Numbered from the whole stretch's first letter, positions 9,256-19,826 are shown. The stretch is DNA of 62,472 nt, filler included, from Acidimicrobiia bacterium (GCA_041619515.1; 9 parts of 9 records of this genome joined end to end with filler, not necessarily neighbours in it); one strand, 5' to 3'. Translations and numbers: made by a program. The notes: a model not told the origin generated them from the letters alone.

Positions 9256-9971
9256 CCCCCGCCTCGAACCCGTTCGACCTCGTACATGGCAAGCGCCGCA
9301 GAAACCGAGACGTTGAGCGATTCCACCCCGTCGGACATCGGGATGCGGACGAGAGCGCTCACCCGCTCTCGGACGAGGCGACTGAGCCCAGAGCCCTCAC
9401 CGCCGATGACGACGGCAACCGGTTCGCTGAGGAGCGGGCACCCGAACAGCGAGTCCGTGCCGGCCGCATCCAGGCCAACCGTCCATACCCCGAGCTTCTC
9501 GAGCCGGGCCACCGCCCCGGGCACGGAGTTGACCACCGACACCGGCAGCCGTTCGAGGGCTCCTGCCGCCGCCTTGAAGGCGGCGGCGCCGAACGGGGCG
9601 GCCCGGCGGGCGGCAACCACCAGCCCGGTAGCCGAGGCGGCCAACGCAGATCTCGCCACTGCCCCGAGGTTGTGGGGGTCCTCGACATGATCGAGAACCA
9701 CGAGGGCCGGGCGAGGGTGGGCGGCAACCAGCGCCTGAAGGCTCTTGGTGGCCAGCGGCTCACACTCGGCGATGAGACCCTGTGGGGCTGCAGTCTCCGC
9801 CAGGCCCCTGACATCATCGACTTCGGAAATGGGTATCGACCCGGCGCCTTCCAGCAGAGCGCCGTAGTCCCGGCCTCGCTCGACGGTCATGCGACGCACC
9901 CTGCCCGCCGCCAGAGCGGCTGCAACGGCGTGAATGCCCTCGACCCTACTGCCGATGCCAGCGGGTGCCAT
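9252..9971 (-). CDS. rlmB: 23S rRNA Gm2251 2'-O-methyltransferase
   Basis: SPOUT motifs LDHVEDPHNLGAVARS, IGGEGSG, IPM..VESLNVS; directly downstream of cysS. Confidence 0.88.
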   Translation of the reverse strand: MAPAGIGSRVEGIHAVAAALAAGRVRRMTVERGRDYGALLEGAGSIPISEVDDVRGLAETAAPQGLIAECEPLATKSLQALVAAHPRPALVVLDHVEDPHNLGAVARSALAASATGLVVAARRAAPFGAAAFKAAAGALERLPVSVVNSVPGAVARLEKLGVWTVGLDAAGTDSLFGCPLLSEPVAVVIGGEGSGLSRLVRERVSALVRIPMSDGVESLNVSVSAALAMYEVERVRGGG

Positions 9972-11355
9972 CGGCGGCATCCTCCACAACGATGCCGACC
10001 CCGGCCAGCTCGTCCCTGATCTCGTCCGAACGCCCCCAGTCGCGAGCCGCTCGTGCCTCGGTTCGGAGGTCGACGAGGCGTCCGACGATATCGATCGGAT
10101 CAATTCCGGGCTCGAGGCCGAAGCGCGCCCCGAGTGCCGCCAGGGCATCCGTGAGATCATCCAGGGCCACGGCCGGCTCCACCAGGCCGAGGACCGCCAT
10201 GATCTCGTCGTAGGCGGTAACCAGGCCGCCCACCGTCTCACCCGCATCCAGCCGGGTGTTTCCTTCCCTCACGAGGTCAAACAGGACAGACAGCGCTCCG
10301 GCGGTGTCGAAGTCGTCGTCCATGAACTCCCGGAATCGATCCATCGTGTCGGCGGGAGCAGTCTCGTCGGGATCACCCGGGAGGCGACGCCGGAAGGCCC
10401 ACAGGCGCTCGAGAGCCGACACGGCATCCTCGAGGGCCTCAGCGGTGAAATCGACCGGCCGCCGGTAGTGGGTCCGCAGGTAGAACAACCGGATGGCCAT
10501 CGGCGGATATTTCTGCAGCGCCTCGAGCAGATCGACCACCCGGCCGGTCGATTTGGCCATTTTCTCACCGCCGAGGTTGACCATGCCGTTGTGCAGCCAG
10601 TAGCGAGCGAAGGGGGGACCGTACGCCGCCTCGGCCTGAGCGACCTCGTTCTCATGGTGAGGAAAGACCAGGTCGGTGCCGCCTCCATGGATATCGAACC
10701 CATGTCCGAGGTATTTGCGGGCCATCGCCGAGCATTCGATGTGCCAGCCGGGTCGACCGTTTCCCCACGGTGAGTCCCAATAGGGCTCCCCGGGCTTGGC
10801 AGCCTTCCAGAGCGCGAAATCAAGTGGGTCACGCTTGTCTTCGCCCGGCTCGATGCGGGCGCCGGAGATGAGATCGTCGATCTTCCGCCCGGAGAGCCGG
10901 CCGTACCGCTCGAAGGAACGCACCGAGAAATAGACGTCGCCGTTGGCCGCTGCGTACGCGTGGTCCGAGCCGATGAGGTCCTCGATGAGAGCGATCATTT
11001 CCGCGATGTGCTCGGTTGCTTTTGGCTCCACGTCGGGGGGGCGCACGTTCAACGCCTCGTAGCCCGCGCGAAACTGTTCGGCGGTCTCAGCCGCCACCGC
11101 CTCCGGCGTGGTCCCCCGTTCGGCGGCGGCCGCGATGATCTTGTCCTCGACGTCGGTGATATTCACCACGTACGTGACATCCAGCCCCCGGAATTCGAGG
11201 TAGCGGCGGATCACATCGAAAGCCACCGCACTGCGGCCGTGGCCGATGTGGGGGGCGGACTGCACGGTGGGGCCGCAGACGTACATCGTGACCCGGTCGG
11301 GGTCACGGGTCGTGAACGGCTGTGACTCACGGCCGAGGGAGTTGAATACCCGCAT
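9946..11355 (-). CDS. cysS: Cysteine--tRNA ligase
   Basis: [39 protein letters not shown]. Confidence 0.97.
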   Translation of the reverse strand: MRVFNSLGRESQPFTTRDPDRVTMYVCGPTVQSAPHIGHGRSAVAFDVIRRYLEFRGLDVTYVVNITDVEDKIIAAAAERGTTPEAVAAETAEQFRAGYEALNVRPPDVEPKATEHIAEMIALIEDLIGSDHAYAAANGDVYFSVRSFERYGRLSGRKIDDLISGARIEPGEDKRDPLDFALWKAAKPGEPYWDSPWGNGRPGWHIECSAMARKYLGHGFDIHGGGTDLVFPHHENEVAQAEAAYGPPFARYWLHNGMVNLGGEKMAKSTGRVVDLLEALQKYPPMAIRLFYLRTHYRRPVDFTAEALEDAVSALERLWAFRRRLPGDPDETAPADTMDRFREFMDDDFDTAGALSVLFDLVREGNTRLDAGETVGGLVTAYDEIMAVLGLVEPAVALDDLTDALAALGARFGLEPGIDPIDIVGRLVDLRTEARAARDWGRSDEIRDELAGVGIVVEDAADGTRWHRQ

Positions 11356-11382
11356 TGCGCCATGGTAGGTACCGTTACCTCC
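11356..11382. promoter_or_regulatory. Back-to-back leaderless promoters for cysS and GDPD
   Basis: Minus TACCAT (11362-11367) is 6 nt before the cysS ATG; plus TACCGT (11370-11375) is 7 nt before the GDPD ATG; only 27 bp between starts and no room for an SD. Confidence 0.65.
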
Positions 11383-12099
11383 ATGACGACACTGAGACTG
11401 CAGCCGTTCCTCATCTTCGGACATCGGGGCGCGTCTGCGCACGCAACCGAGAACTCCCTGGCCGCCTTCCGGTTGGCTGCAGAGCAGGGAGCCGATGGAG
11501 TGGAGCTGGACGTGCGCCGCACCGCAGACGACGCCCTCGTCGTACATCACGACCCCACCATCGCCGGAGTCGGTCCGATCATCGATCGCACCCTCGAGGA
11601 GCTCCGCCGGGCGGCTCCGGGGCTGGTGACGTTTCCGGAAGCCATGGCTGCCTGCGACGGGCTCATCGTCAACATCGAAATCAAGAACTCACCGGTAGAC
11701 CCGGATTTCGATCCAGACGACACCGTGGCGGATACGGTCACCCGGTGGGTGGTCGAGAACGGGTGGAGGGATCGAGTGATCATCTCGTCCTTCAATCCCG
11801 TAACCGTCGACCGTGTCCGAGCCCTGGATGACGGTTGTGCGACCGGCCAGCTCATCGATCCGGGGGCCGACGCAGCCGGGCAGCTCGAGATCGCCCATCA
11901 GCGCGGGCATCGAGCGCTCCATCCGCATTTCAGCTCGCTGACGGACGCACCGCAGCTGGTGACGACGGCACAAGAGCTAGGAATATGGCTGCTGGTATGG
12001 ACGGTCGACGCACACCGCGACATTCGGGCGCTGCAGGAAGCCGGCTTGACAGGTGTCATAACGAACGATCCGGCCGGCGCTCGCGCAGCCATTGCCTAG
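11383..12099 (+). CDS. Glycerophosphodiester phosphodiesterase
   Basis: GHRGAS..ENSLAAF, VELDV, VVHHD, NIEIK, ISSF, WTVD, VITN. Confidence 0.92.
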   Translation: MTTLRLQPFLIFGHRGASAHATENSLAAFRLAAEQGADGVELDVRRTADDALVVHHDPTIAGVGPIIDRTLEELRRAAPGLVTFPEAMAACDGLIVNIEIKNSPVDPDFDPDDTVADTVTRWVVENGWRDRVIISSFNPVTVDRVRALDDGCATGQLIDPGADAAGQLEIAHQRGHRALHPHFSSLTDAPQLVTTAQELGIWLLVWTVDAHRDIRALQEAGLTGVITNDPAGARAAIA

Positions 12100-12107
12100 G
12101 CGCGCAG

Positions 12108-12593
12108 TCAGGCCTGCGAAGCTGTCTCCCGGCTCTCAGCAGTGACGACGGCTGTGGCCACGATCCCCTCACCGGCGCCGAGTGCGCCCATCCCGTCGGT
12201 GGTAGTGGCCTTGACCGACACCAAGCGACGCTCAACGCCGAGCACAGTCGCCAGCTTGTCGCGAATGGCCTCACGGTGGGGGGCAACTCGTATCTGCTGG
12301 GCGATGACCGTCACGTCGACGAACCTGACTGCGATGTCACCGCACATCGAGACCACGGTCGCCAGCAGCTCCATGCTGTCGGCACCGGCCCACTGCGGAT
12401 CCGACGAGGGGAAATGAGCCCCGAGATCGCCTCGACCTGCGGCACCCAGGATCGCATCGGCCACGGCATGCGCAACCAGATCGCCATCCGAGGTGGCCAG
12501 AACCCCATGATCCACGTCCACCACCACTCCGCCCAGCAGGACCGGCGGGTCGCCGCCGAGTCGATGGGCGTCGAATCCCCAGCTAACCCGCAT
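12108..12593 (-). CDS. ispF: 2-C-methyl-D-erythritol 2,4-cyclodiphosphate synthase
   Basis: GFDAH, SDGD..AHAVADAILGA, VSVKATTTDGMG. Confidence 0.93.
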   Translation of the reverse strand: MRVSWGFDAHRLGGDPPVLLGGVVVDVDHGVLATSDGDLVAHAVADAILGAAGRGDLGAHFPSSDPQWAGADSMELLATVVSMCGDIAVRFVDVTVIAQQIRVAPHREAIRDKLATVLGVERRLVSVKATTTDGMGALGAGEGIVATAVVTAESRETASQA

Positions 12594-13197
12594 GGATCGC
12601 CTCCAGCAATCTCAGATCGTCCGGAACCGTTACCTTCAGGTTGGTGACCTCGCCTCCCACGAAGACCACGGCTCCACCGACTGCAGCCACCATCTCCGCA
12701 TCATCGGCTGCGTCCCCTTCGACGGTCTCGTGAGCCTCCCGCAACACTTCGGCAACGAAGCCCTGGGGCGTCTGGACGGTCACGAGATCATCCCGCGCCA
12801 CGGCCTCCACGATCCGCTCACCGTCGACTCTCTTGGTCGCATCCCTCACGGAGATCGCGGGCACGACGCCGGCCACATCCCCCTTTTGCAGTCGAGCGAG
12901 CACGCGACCGACCAGGGCTGGAGTGGCGAGAGGGCGAGCGGCATCGTGCACCAGGACGTGGGAAACATCGGGCGGAACCGCCATCAGGCCGGCGGCCACA
13001 GAATCCCGCCTGCGTCGACCGGGTGCCACCGCCCCTTCGATGTCGGCCACCACCACGACGTTCTGCACTCCCGCTTCTATCAGCGAACGGCGGGCCCATT
13101 CCCAAAGCGGCTCTCCGCCAAGTAGCTCGAATTGCTTGCGGCCCCCGAAACGTTCACCGCGCCCTCCGGCGACAACGATGCCCCAGGCGTCGGTCAC
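12583..13197 (-). CDS. ispD: 2-C-methyl-D-erythritol 4-phosphate cytidylyltransferase
   Basis: AGGRGERFG..KQ, VLVHDAARP, VQTPQGF, NLKVT. Confidence 0.93.
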   Translation of the reverse strand: MTDAWGIVVAGGRGERFGGRKQFELLGGEPLWEWARRSLIEAGVQNVVVVADIEGAVAPGRRRRDSVAAGLMAVPPDVSHVLVHDAARPLATPALVGRVLARLQKGDVAGVVPAISVRDATKRVDGERIVEAVARDDLVTVQTPQGFVAEVLREAHETVEGDAADDAEMVAAVGGAVVFVGGEVTNLKVTVPDDLRLLEAIHAG

Positions 13198-14231
13198 GCC
13201 GCCAATCGGCCAAACAACATGCGCCCCACCTGGGTGCGGACGGCGTTCGAGATCTGGACCTCAACGGTCTTCCCGATTGACGCTCCAGCTCGTTCGATCA
13301 CAACCATCGTGCCGTCGTCGAGATAGCCAACTCCCTGTCCTGGCTCCGAGCCTACCTTCTCGATGGTGACTTCGATCAGGTCGCCGGTCCCGGCATCGGG
13401 GCGGAGAGAATCGGCGATGGCGTGCGGATTCAGCACGGTGATTCCCCTGACCCCGGCAGCCGAGGCGAGGTTGTGATCTGTCGTGACGAGCGTGGCCGTA
13501 CTGCGCTCGGCAAGGGCCAGCAGCTTGGCATCGACCTCGAGGAACTCAGGCACGCTCTCTTCGAGAATGGCGAGATCAACACCGGCGACGTCGCGCAGGG
13601 ATTCGAGCACGTCGAGTCCGCGCCGACCCCGTCTGCGCCGGTTCGGGTCGCCCGAATCGGCTATTCCCTGCAGCTCGTCGATGACAAACCCCGGAACCCA
13701 GTGTTTGCCCCGGGCCAGACCGGTGCGGGCGAGGTCCAGGATCCTCCCGTCGATTGCAGCGGATGAATCGATGAGAAAAGCGCTCGAGTCGGCGTCGAGG
13801 CGGTGAGTGGCAATCGGCTTTCGGACGCCGAGACCGACCGAGGCAAGGAGCTCATCGGCCCGCGCCGAGAACACCGTGCCGGCGAACGCCGATACCAGCA
13901 GCACGACCAGCGACGCGAGGGGCCAGCCGACTTCCGGCGGCATCAGCAGCAGGATCGGGGAACCGAGGACGAGGCCGATCAGAAGCCCGAGGCCGATCCC
14001 GAACGCTCCGGCAAACAGCTGCGGGCCGTTGAATCGGGGAACAATCGTCGCCGGCGCCACGTCGAGGGCGCGACGGACCAGGCGTCCAAATGCCCCACCA
14101 AACACGTAGCCGAGGCCCGCCCCGATGGTGGCGCCCACCACGGTTGAGCTCTCCCCGAATGTGGCGCCGACCATGAATCCGGCGGCAGTTGCGGTCAGGG
14201 TGACGAGTAGCCGGGTGGCCTCAACCATCAT
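13194..14231 (-). CDS. PIN/TRAM-domain membrane protein (YacL-like)
   Basis: N-terminal TM helices; [48 protein letters not shown]. Confidence 0.9.
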   Translation of the reverse strand: MMVEATRLLVTLTATAAGFMVGATFGESSTVVGATIGAGLGYVFGGAFGRLVRRALDVAPATIVPRFNGPQLFAGAFGIGLGLLIGLVLGSPILLLMPPEVGWPLASLVVLLVSAFAGTVFSARADELLASVGLGVRKPIATHRLDADSSAFLIDSSAAIDGRILDLARTGLARGKHWVPGFVIDELQGIADSGDPNRRRRGRRGLDVLESLRDVAGVDLAILEESVPEFLEVDAKLLALAERSTATLVTTDHNLASAAGVRGITVLNPHAIADSLRPDAGTGDLIEVTIEKVGSEPGQGVGYLDDGTMVVIERAGASIGKTVEVQISNAVRTQVGRMLFGRLAA

Positions 14232-14238
14232 CGAGGCA

Positions 14239-14943
14239 TCACCCCTCTTCCGGCACCTCCACCTTGGGCAGGGCTCGGAGAATGCGTTTCTCGGTCTCCT
14301 CCTCGTCCAGATTGAGGGCGAAGCGCAGCTCGCTGTTGAGGATGAGATGCGCCTTCGAGAGCATGCGTTTGAGGGCGGGAGAGATGCCCTTCATCTGCTG
14401 GGCGTACGTGAGGTCGCGCACCACCTCGGCGACCTGGTAGATGTCCCCGCTGTTGATCTTCTCGGTGAGAACCTTGTACCAGCGGCTCCAATTGCTCCCT
14501 GCCTCTTGTGGATCGTCTCTGAACACTGCGAACACCTTGCGGGCCGCGTTCTTGGAAATCACGGGGCGCACCCCGAGCTCCTCGGCACGGTCAACCGGCA
14601 CTCGCACGATCAGCTGGTCGGTGGCTACTTCGAGAACGAAGTAATCCACCCTCTTACCATCGACAGGTTGCTTCTCCTTCTTGACGATGATGGCCGCGCC
14701 GTGGTGGGGATACACGACCTTGTCCTGGACCCGGAATTTGGAGGGCTTGGGTTTGGGAGCCGCGGTCGCCACGTCCGGCTGCTCCTCCGGCTTCTCGGCG
14801 GCCGCCGTCTTCCTGGCAGCAGGCTTCTTGACCGTCGCCGTCTTCCTGGCCGCAGGCTTCTTGGCGGCAGGCTTCTTGGCGGCAGGCTTCTTGGCGGCAG
14901 GCTTCTTGGCGGCAGGCTTCTTGGCGGCAGGCTTCTTGGCAGC
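14239..14943 (-). CDS. carD: CarD family RNA-polymerase-binding factor with N-terminal Ala/Lys/Pro extension, 5'-truncated
   Basis: [29 protein letters not shown]; frame stays open from GTG 14772 to the contig edge, reading (AAKKP)x6 [16 protein letters not shown]... Confidence 0.9.
   Translation of the reverse strand, partial: AAKKPAAKKPAAKKPAAKKPAAKKPAAKKPAARKTATVKKPAARKTAAAEKPEEQPDVATAAPKPKPSKFRVQDKVVYPHHGAAIIVKKEKQPVDGKRVDYFVLEVATDQLIVRVPVDRAEELGVRPVISKNAARKVFAVFRDDPQEAGSNWSRWYKVLTEKINSGDIYQVAEVVRDLTYAQQMKGISPALKRMLSKAHLILNSELRFALNLDEEETEKRILRALPKVEVPEEG
14854..14943 (-). repeat. 15-bp coding tandem repeat x6 (AAKKP)
   Basis: Plus-strand unit AGGCTTCTTGGCGGC repeated to the contig end; probably the cause of the assembly break. 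Confidence 0.95.
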
Positions 14944-15043
14944 NNNNNNNNNNNNNNNNNNNNNNNNNNNNNNNNNNNNNNNNNNNNTTAATTAATTAAN
15001 NNNNNNNNNNNNNNNNNNNNNNNNNNNNNNNNNNNNNNNNNNN
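14944..15043. other. Artificial contig spacer
   Basis: N-run with TTAATTAATTAA. Confidence 0.99.
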
Positions 15044-15044
15044 C

Positions 15045-16421
15045 CACGGGCTGGAGTTCGCCCACAGCTCGAAGCCGTTCGGATCGGTCTTCCCGGGAGA
15101 CCGGTTCGTCGGGGTGTCCACCGATCTCGACGAAACCCTCGCCATGATCGGGCACTACTCGGAGGCCGACGTCGACGCCTGGCGCCACCTCGCCGGGTGG
15201 TTCGAGGAGATCGCCCCCCACCTCTTCCCGCTGTTGGGGACACCCCTTCCGTCGGCCGCAGCCGTGCGCACCCTGGTGGCAGGGGCTCGCAGCCTCGGCA
15301 CGCAATGGCCGTACGATCTCACACGCCTCGTCCTCCAGTCCACACGAGAATTCGTCGAGGAGCACTTCGAGAGCGCCGAGGTGCAGGCGCTGTGCGCGGC
15401 GTGGGGAATGCATCTCGACTTCCCACCCGACGTGGCAGGCGGAGCCTTGTTCCCGTTTCTCGAGACGTTCGCAGACGGTGCCAACGGCATGGTGCTGGGC
15501 AAGGGCGGCGCCGCCGCCATGATCGATGCCCAGGTCTCCCTTCTGGAGAGCCTGGGCGGTGAGGTGAGAAACGGCACCGCCGTCGAACAGGTCCTCATCG
15601 AGGGTGGCCGGGCAACCGGCGTCCAGGTGGCCGGCGGCGAGCGGCTCGTTGCCGGCCGGGCGGTGATCGCCAATCTCACCCCCAGGGTGCTGTTTGGCGA
15701 CCTGGTCCCCGACCACCACCTTTCGGCGCGATTTCGACGACAGGTTGCCGGCTACAAGCACGCTCCCGGTGCGCTGATGGTTCATCTGGCGATGGAGGAC
15801 CTGCCGGCGTGGAGTGCCGGCCCCACCGCCCGCGACTATGCCTACGTCCACATCGGGCCCTACATGGATGACATGAGCCTGGCCTATCAACAGGCGGTTG
15901 CCGGTTTTCTACCCGAACGACCCACCCTCGTCGTCGGCCAGCCGACGGCCGTCGACCCGGGACGGGCCCCGGCGGGGAAACACGTGCTGTGGGTGCAGGT
16001 GCGGGTGGTGCCGGGGACCATCTCCGGCGACGCGGCGGGGATCATCGAACCCGGCGGCTGGGATGGGGCAGGCGAGCCCTATGCGGATCGCGTGCTGGAC
16101 ATCATCGAATCGTATGCGCCGGGCACCAGGGACAAGGTGCTCGCCCGGCACGTGTTGACCCCCGCCGATCTCGAGGCCGCCAACCCGAACCTCATCGGCG
16201 GCGACTCGCTCGGGGGAAGCCATCACCTCATGCAGCACTTCTTCCTGCGCCCGTTCCCGGGCTGGACCAGGTACCGCACGCCCGTCGAGAGCCTGTACAT
16301 GTGCGGGGCAGGCACCTGGCCGGGGGCCGGGGTCGGTGCCGGTTCGGGCCACCTGCTCGGCAAGCGGCTGCTCGGCTCCTCCCGAATCGCAGGCCTGAAG
16401 AGCCGCTTCACGAGTCGCTAG
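15045..16421 (+). CDS. Phytoene desaturase-like FAD-dependent oxidoreductase, 5'-truncated
   Basis: Frame open from the contig edge; DPGRAPAGKHVLW, TPADLE..NPNLIGGD, YRTPVESLYMCGAGTWPGAGV. Confidence 0.85.
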   Translation, partial: HGLEFAHSSKPFGSVFPGDRFVGVSTDLDETLAMIGHYSEADVDAWRHLAGWFEEIAPHLFPLLGTPLPSAAAVRTLVAGARSLGTQWPYDLTRLVLQSTREFVEEHFESAEVQALCAAWGMHLDFPPDVAGGALFPFLETFADGANGMVLGKGGAAAMIDAQVSLLESLGGEVRNGTAVEQVLIEGGRATGVQVAGGERLVAGRAVIANLTPRVLFGDLVPDHHLSARFRRQVAGYKHAPGALMVHLAMEDLPAWSAGPTARDYAYVHIGPYMDDMSLAYQQAVAGFLPERPTLVVGQPTAVDPGRAPAGKHVLWVQVRVVPGTISGDAAGIIEPGGWDGAGEPYADRVLDIIESYAPGTRDKVLARHVLTPADLEAANPNLIGGDSLGGSHHLMQHFFLRPFPGWTRYRTPVESLYMCGAGTWPGAGVGAGSGHLLGKRLLGSSRIAGLKSRFTSR

Positions 16422-16425
16422 CGGC

Positions 16426-17454
16426 TCAGTTGCCGACCGCCATCCGCGCCCGGCGGGCGAAGGGCCAGGTGAATTCCCGCCCGCCGGTGAGCCCGCTGGG
16501 ACGCAGCAGCAAAACGAGGGCCATGATCGCTCCCAGAACGATCAACCGGGTACCGCTCGGCAAATCCACGTCCAGTCCGAGGAGCCGGATCCCCCGTTCG
16601 GCCTCCGTCAGATACGAGTTGAGCCCGGCGATGAACAGCGCCCCCAGAACCGCTCCCCACAAGCTCCCGATCCCACCCACCACCAGCATGGCGAGGGTTA
16701 TGAACGTCAGATCGAGAAAGACCTGCTCGGTGGTGATGGTCCCTGCCAGGTGGACGAGGAGGCCACCGGCGAACCCTGCCAGACAGCCGCTCAAGGTGAA
16801 CGCCAGCAGCCGCTGGCGATAGATGTTCACCCCACTGCTCTGAGCTGCAGGTGGGTCCTCGCGGGCGGCACGCAGCATCCGGGCGTACCTGGTTCGCTGA
16901 TAGCCGTAGGCCACCACGGTCACGATCAGAAGCCCGACGGTGGCCTGGGCGAAGTCCGTGGTCTCGGGAATCTGTGTGAGCGTCTTGGCCCCGGGGCCGA
17001 TGCGTTCCCAGTTCCGGAACACGTTGTTCGTGATGATGATGACGGCGAAGGTGGCGATCCCGGCGGACAAGCCGGAGAGTCGCATGAGCGGGACTCCGAC
17101 GATCAGCGCATAGACACCGCCGAGGACGGCAGCCACCAGCAAGGATTCCACGTTGCTCAGCTCGAGGTCCCGCAGGAACGGAAAGAGCTCTGGAAACGCG
17201 AACGGCTTGACATCGACGGGAGTGGTTGCCACCCCGGCGCCGAAGGCGCCGATGGCCACGAAGCTGATGTGGCCGAACGATATGACACCCGAGTTGCCGA
17301 CGAAGACGTGCAGCGCCACCACGATCGACGCCGTGACGAGAATCGACCTGAATTGAAGCTGAACCGAGTCCGACGTCGTCGTCCCTACCAGGGCGAACAG
17401 CACAATCACCGCACCGGGCCCGAGGAGCTCCCAGGACCGCACCAGGCGGTTCAC
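16426..17454 (-). CDS. HAAT-family ABC transporter permease (LivM-like)
   Basis: GNSGVISFGHISF, AAREDPPAAQSSGVN, MLVVGGIGSLWGAVLG; GTG start overlaps the upstream stop. Confidence 0.9.
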   Translation of the reverse strand: MNRLVRSWELLGPGAVIVLFALVGTTTSDSVQLQFRSILVTASIVVALHVFVGNSGVISFGHISFVAIGAFGAGVATTPVDVKPFAFPELFPFLRDLELSNVESLLVAAVLGGVYALIVGVPLMRLSGLSAGIATFAVIIITNNVFRNWERIGPGAKTLTQIPETTDFAQATVGLLIVTVVAYGYQRTRYARMLRAAREDPPAAQSSGVNIYRQRLLAFTLSGCLAGFAGGLLVHLAGTITTEQVFLDLTFITLAMLVVGGIGSLWGAVLGALFIAGLNSYLTEAERGIRLLGLDVDLPSGTRLIVLGAIMALVLLLRPSGLTGGREFTWPFARRARMAVGN

Positions 17455-18335
17455 AGCCGATCGACCGAGGCGGCGCCGCGGATGAACAGCCCGTTCGGCT
17501 TGACCAGCAGCACGACGATGACCAGGCCGAACAGCGCCGAGTTGAGGAACACCCGGCTCTCCGAAGGGAGGAGATTCCCGATGAGAACGGTGGCGAACCC
17601 AACGACGAATCCGCCGATGGTCGCCGGCAACAGTCGATCGAGCCCACCGACGACCACCCCCACCAGCGCCGGGATCACTACGAGAAAGCCGAAACTCGGT
17701 GTTGCCAGCGGCCGTTGCACGGCGAGCATCATGGCGATCGCCGCCGCCAGCAGGCCCGAGAGCGCAAACGCGAAGACGATCACTCTGGTCGCCCTCACGC
17801 CGAGGATCCGAGCCGTGCGAAAGTCGGCTGCCGCCGCCCGCATCTGCAGCCCGATGTCGGTTCTGTCCAGCAGGTAGCCCACTCCGGCCAGCAGGGCCGT
17901 GCCGACGCCGATCGAGACCACGGTGATCCATCTGACCCGGATGGAGCCGATTTCGAAGGCCCTGTTGAGACCGGCCAGGAAGTTGATCGACTCGCCCCGG
18001 GTTCCGAACCTCAGAATGGCGATGTTCTGCAGCATGAAGCTGACGGCAAAGGTGGTCACCAGCATCGTCGCCGGGGTGGCCACCCGCAGCGGCCGGAACA
18101 CGAACTCCATCGCCATCGAGAGCGCCACCGCCACCGCCAGGGCAAGGGCGATTCGAAGGCCGATGGGGGCATCCTTCGTCAACAACAGCGTGTACGCCGC
18201 CGCAGTGATCACCTCGCCGTAGGCGAAATTGACCAGCCGCATCACGCCGAAGACCAAACCGATGCCGAGGGCGGCCAGCGCGTAGATCGACCCCAGGGCA
18301 ACTCCGTCGACCAGGGATTGGACGAATTCGGTCAT
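17451..18335 (-). CDS. HAAT-family ABC transporter permease (LivH-like)
   Basis: GSIYALAALGIGLVFGVMRLVNFAYG; KPNGLF. Confidence 0.9.
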   Translation of the reverse strand: MTEFVQSLVDGVALGSIYALAALGIGLVFGVMRLVNFAYGEVITAAAYTLLLTKDAPIGLRIALALAVAVALSMAMEFVFRPLRVATPATMLVTTFAVSFMLQNIAILRFGTRGESINFLAGLNRAFEIGSIRVRWITVVSIGVGTALLAGVGYLLDRTDIGLQMRAAAADFRTARILGVRATRVIVFAFALSGLLAAAIAMMLAVQRPLATPSFGFLVVIPALVGVVVGGLDRLLPATIGGFVVGFATVLIGNLLPSESRVFLNSALFGLVIVVLLVKPNGLFIRGAASVDRL

Positions 18336-19051
18336 GAGCCGAAGTAGGCCGCGGTCATCTCGGCAGGGTCGAGCGGATCGTCGCCGGAGAGGGTCAGCGC
18401 GATCCCCCCGCTGCGCATGACGATGGAGCGGTCGGCGAATTCGACGGTCAGCTGCGCCCGCTGCTCGACTATGAGGATGGTCACACCGCGCCGGCGAATC
18501 TCGCCAAGCGCGTCGAACAAGGCGTCGACGACCGTCGGAGCCAGGCCCAGCGACGGTTCGTCGAGCAGCAGGACCTGTGGCCGAGCCACCAGCGCTCTGG
18601 CGATCGCCAGCTGCTGCTGCTGGCCCCCGGACAGCTGGCCGGCGGCACGCTTGCGCTGTTCGTCGACAATCGGGAAGAGCGAGTACACCCACGCCAGATC
18701 GTCCTCCAGCCCCTCTGCGGTGCGCCGCCCGAGCAGACCGAGCCGAAGGTTCTCCTCGATGGTGAACTCGGCGAAGATGCGCCGACCCTCGGGTACCAGC
18801 GCGATTCCGAGCCGGGAGATGGATTCGGGCGCCAAGCCCACCAACGATGTGCCGGCGAGGCGGATATCACCTCCGTGGGTGGGAACCGCTCCCATGATGG
18901 CCAGCAACGTGGTGGACTTGCCGGCCCCGTTCGGACCAATGAGGCCGACGACCTCTCCGGCATCGAGCTCGAAACTGAGACCCCGCACCGCCTGCACCGG
19001 GCCGTAGCGCACGTCGAGATCGACAACCTGGAGCAGCGCCTCAGACGTCAT
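18332..19051 (-). CDS. ABC ATPase (LivF-like)
   Basis: GPNGAGKST, LSGGQQQ, LLLDEPSLGLAP. Confidence 0.92.
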   Translation of the reverse strand: MTSEALLQVVDLDVRYGPVQAVRGLSFELDAGEVVGLIGPNGAGKSTTLLAIMGAVPTHGGDIRLAGTSLVGLAPESISRLGIALVPEGRRIFAEFTIEENLRLGLLGRRTAEGLEDDLAWVYSLFPIVDEQRKRAAGQLSGGQQQQLAIARALVARPQVLLLDEPSLGLAPTVVDALFDALGEIRRRGVTILIVEQRAQLTVEFADRSIVMRSGGIALTLSGDDPLDPAEMTAAYFGS

Positions 19052-19817
19052 CGCCGGCTCCGGTGGTCCCGCTTCTGCCGAGATAGGCCGCAGTGACGTC
19101 GAGGTTGACCCGGATCTCCTCAGGCGAGCCGGTGGCGATGGTATGGCCCTCGTCCAGGACATGGATGCGGTCGCACACACCCATGATCAGCGCAACGTTG
19201 TGATCGATGAGCAGCACGCCCACCTCGTGCTCGGAACGCACCGATCGGATGAGGCCGGCCAGCCCGGGCACCTCCCCCTCGTTGAGGCCGGCCGCCGGCT
19301 CGTCCATGAGGAGAAACCGCGGCCGGGTTCCGAGGGCCCTGGCGACTCCCAGCTTGCGCTCCTCCCCCTGGGGCAGGAAGGCGGCAGGCGTCTCGGCATG
19401 AGCGGCCAGGCCGAGCACTCCCATCAGCTCGTCGGCCCGTGCCCGCGCCTCTCGAGAACCGGCTCCGCATCCGAGCGCGCTCACCTCGATGTTCTCCCGC
19501 ACGGTCAAACGGGCGAAGGAGTGGGCGGCCTGGAAGGTGCGGGCCAGGCCGGCCCGGCCCCGCCGGTGGGGTGACCAGCCGGTGATGTCTTGGCCGTCCA
19601 ACTCGATCGTGCCCTCGGTCGGCGAATCGAATCCGGTGATGATGTTGACCAGAGTGGTCTTACCGGCGCCGTTGGGACCGATCAGCCCCACGACTTCGTG
19701 GCGATGCACTTCGAGGCTCACGCCGTCGAGCGCCTGCACTCCTGCAAAGAAGCGCCGTATACCGGTGGCCCGCACCGCGCCGTGCGGGCCACCGAGCTCA
19801 CCCGGGGGAATTGCCAT
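19041..19817 (-). CDS. ABC ATPase (LivG-like)
   Basis: GPNGAGKTT, ARTFQ, LLMDEPAAG, AYLG. Confidence 0.92.
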   Translation of the reverse strand: MAIPPGELGGPHGAVRATGIRRFFAGVQALDGVSLEVHRHEVVGLIGPNGAGKTTLVNIITGFDSPTEGTIELDGQDITGWSPHRRGRAGLARTFQAAHSFARLTVRENIEVSALGCGAGSREARARADELMGVLGLAAHAETPAAFLPQGEERKLGVARALGTRPRFLLMDEPAAGLNEGEVPGLAGLIRSVRSEHEVGVLLIDHNVALIMGVCDRIHVLDEGHTIATGSPEEIRVNLDVTAAYLGRSGTTGAGDDV

Positions 19818-19826
19818 CCAAGACGA

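Noticed and set aside
15045..16421. Calling this crtI (carotenoid synthesis)
   Set aside because: No crtB/crtE nearby, and the context is catabolic.
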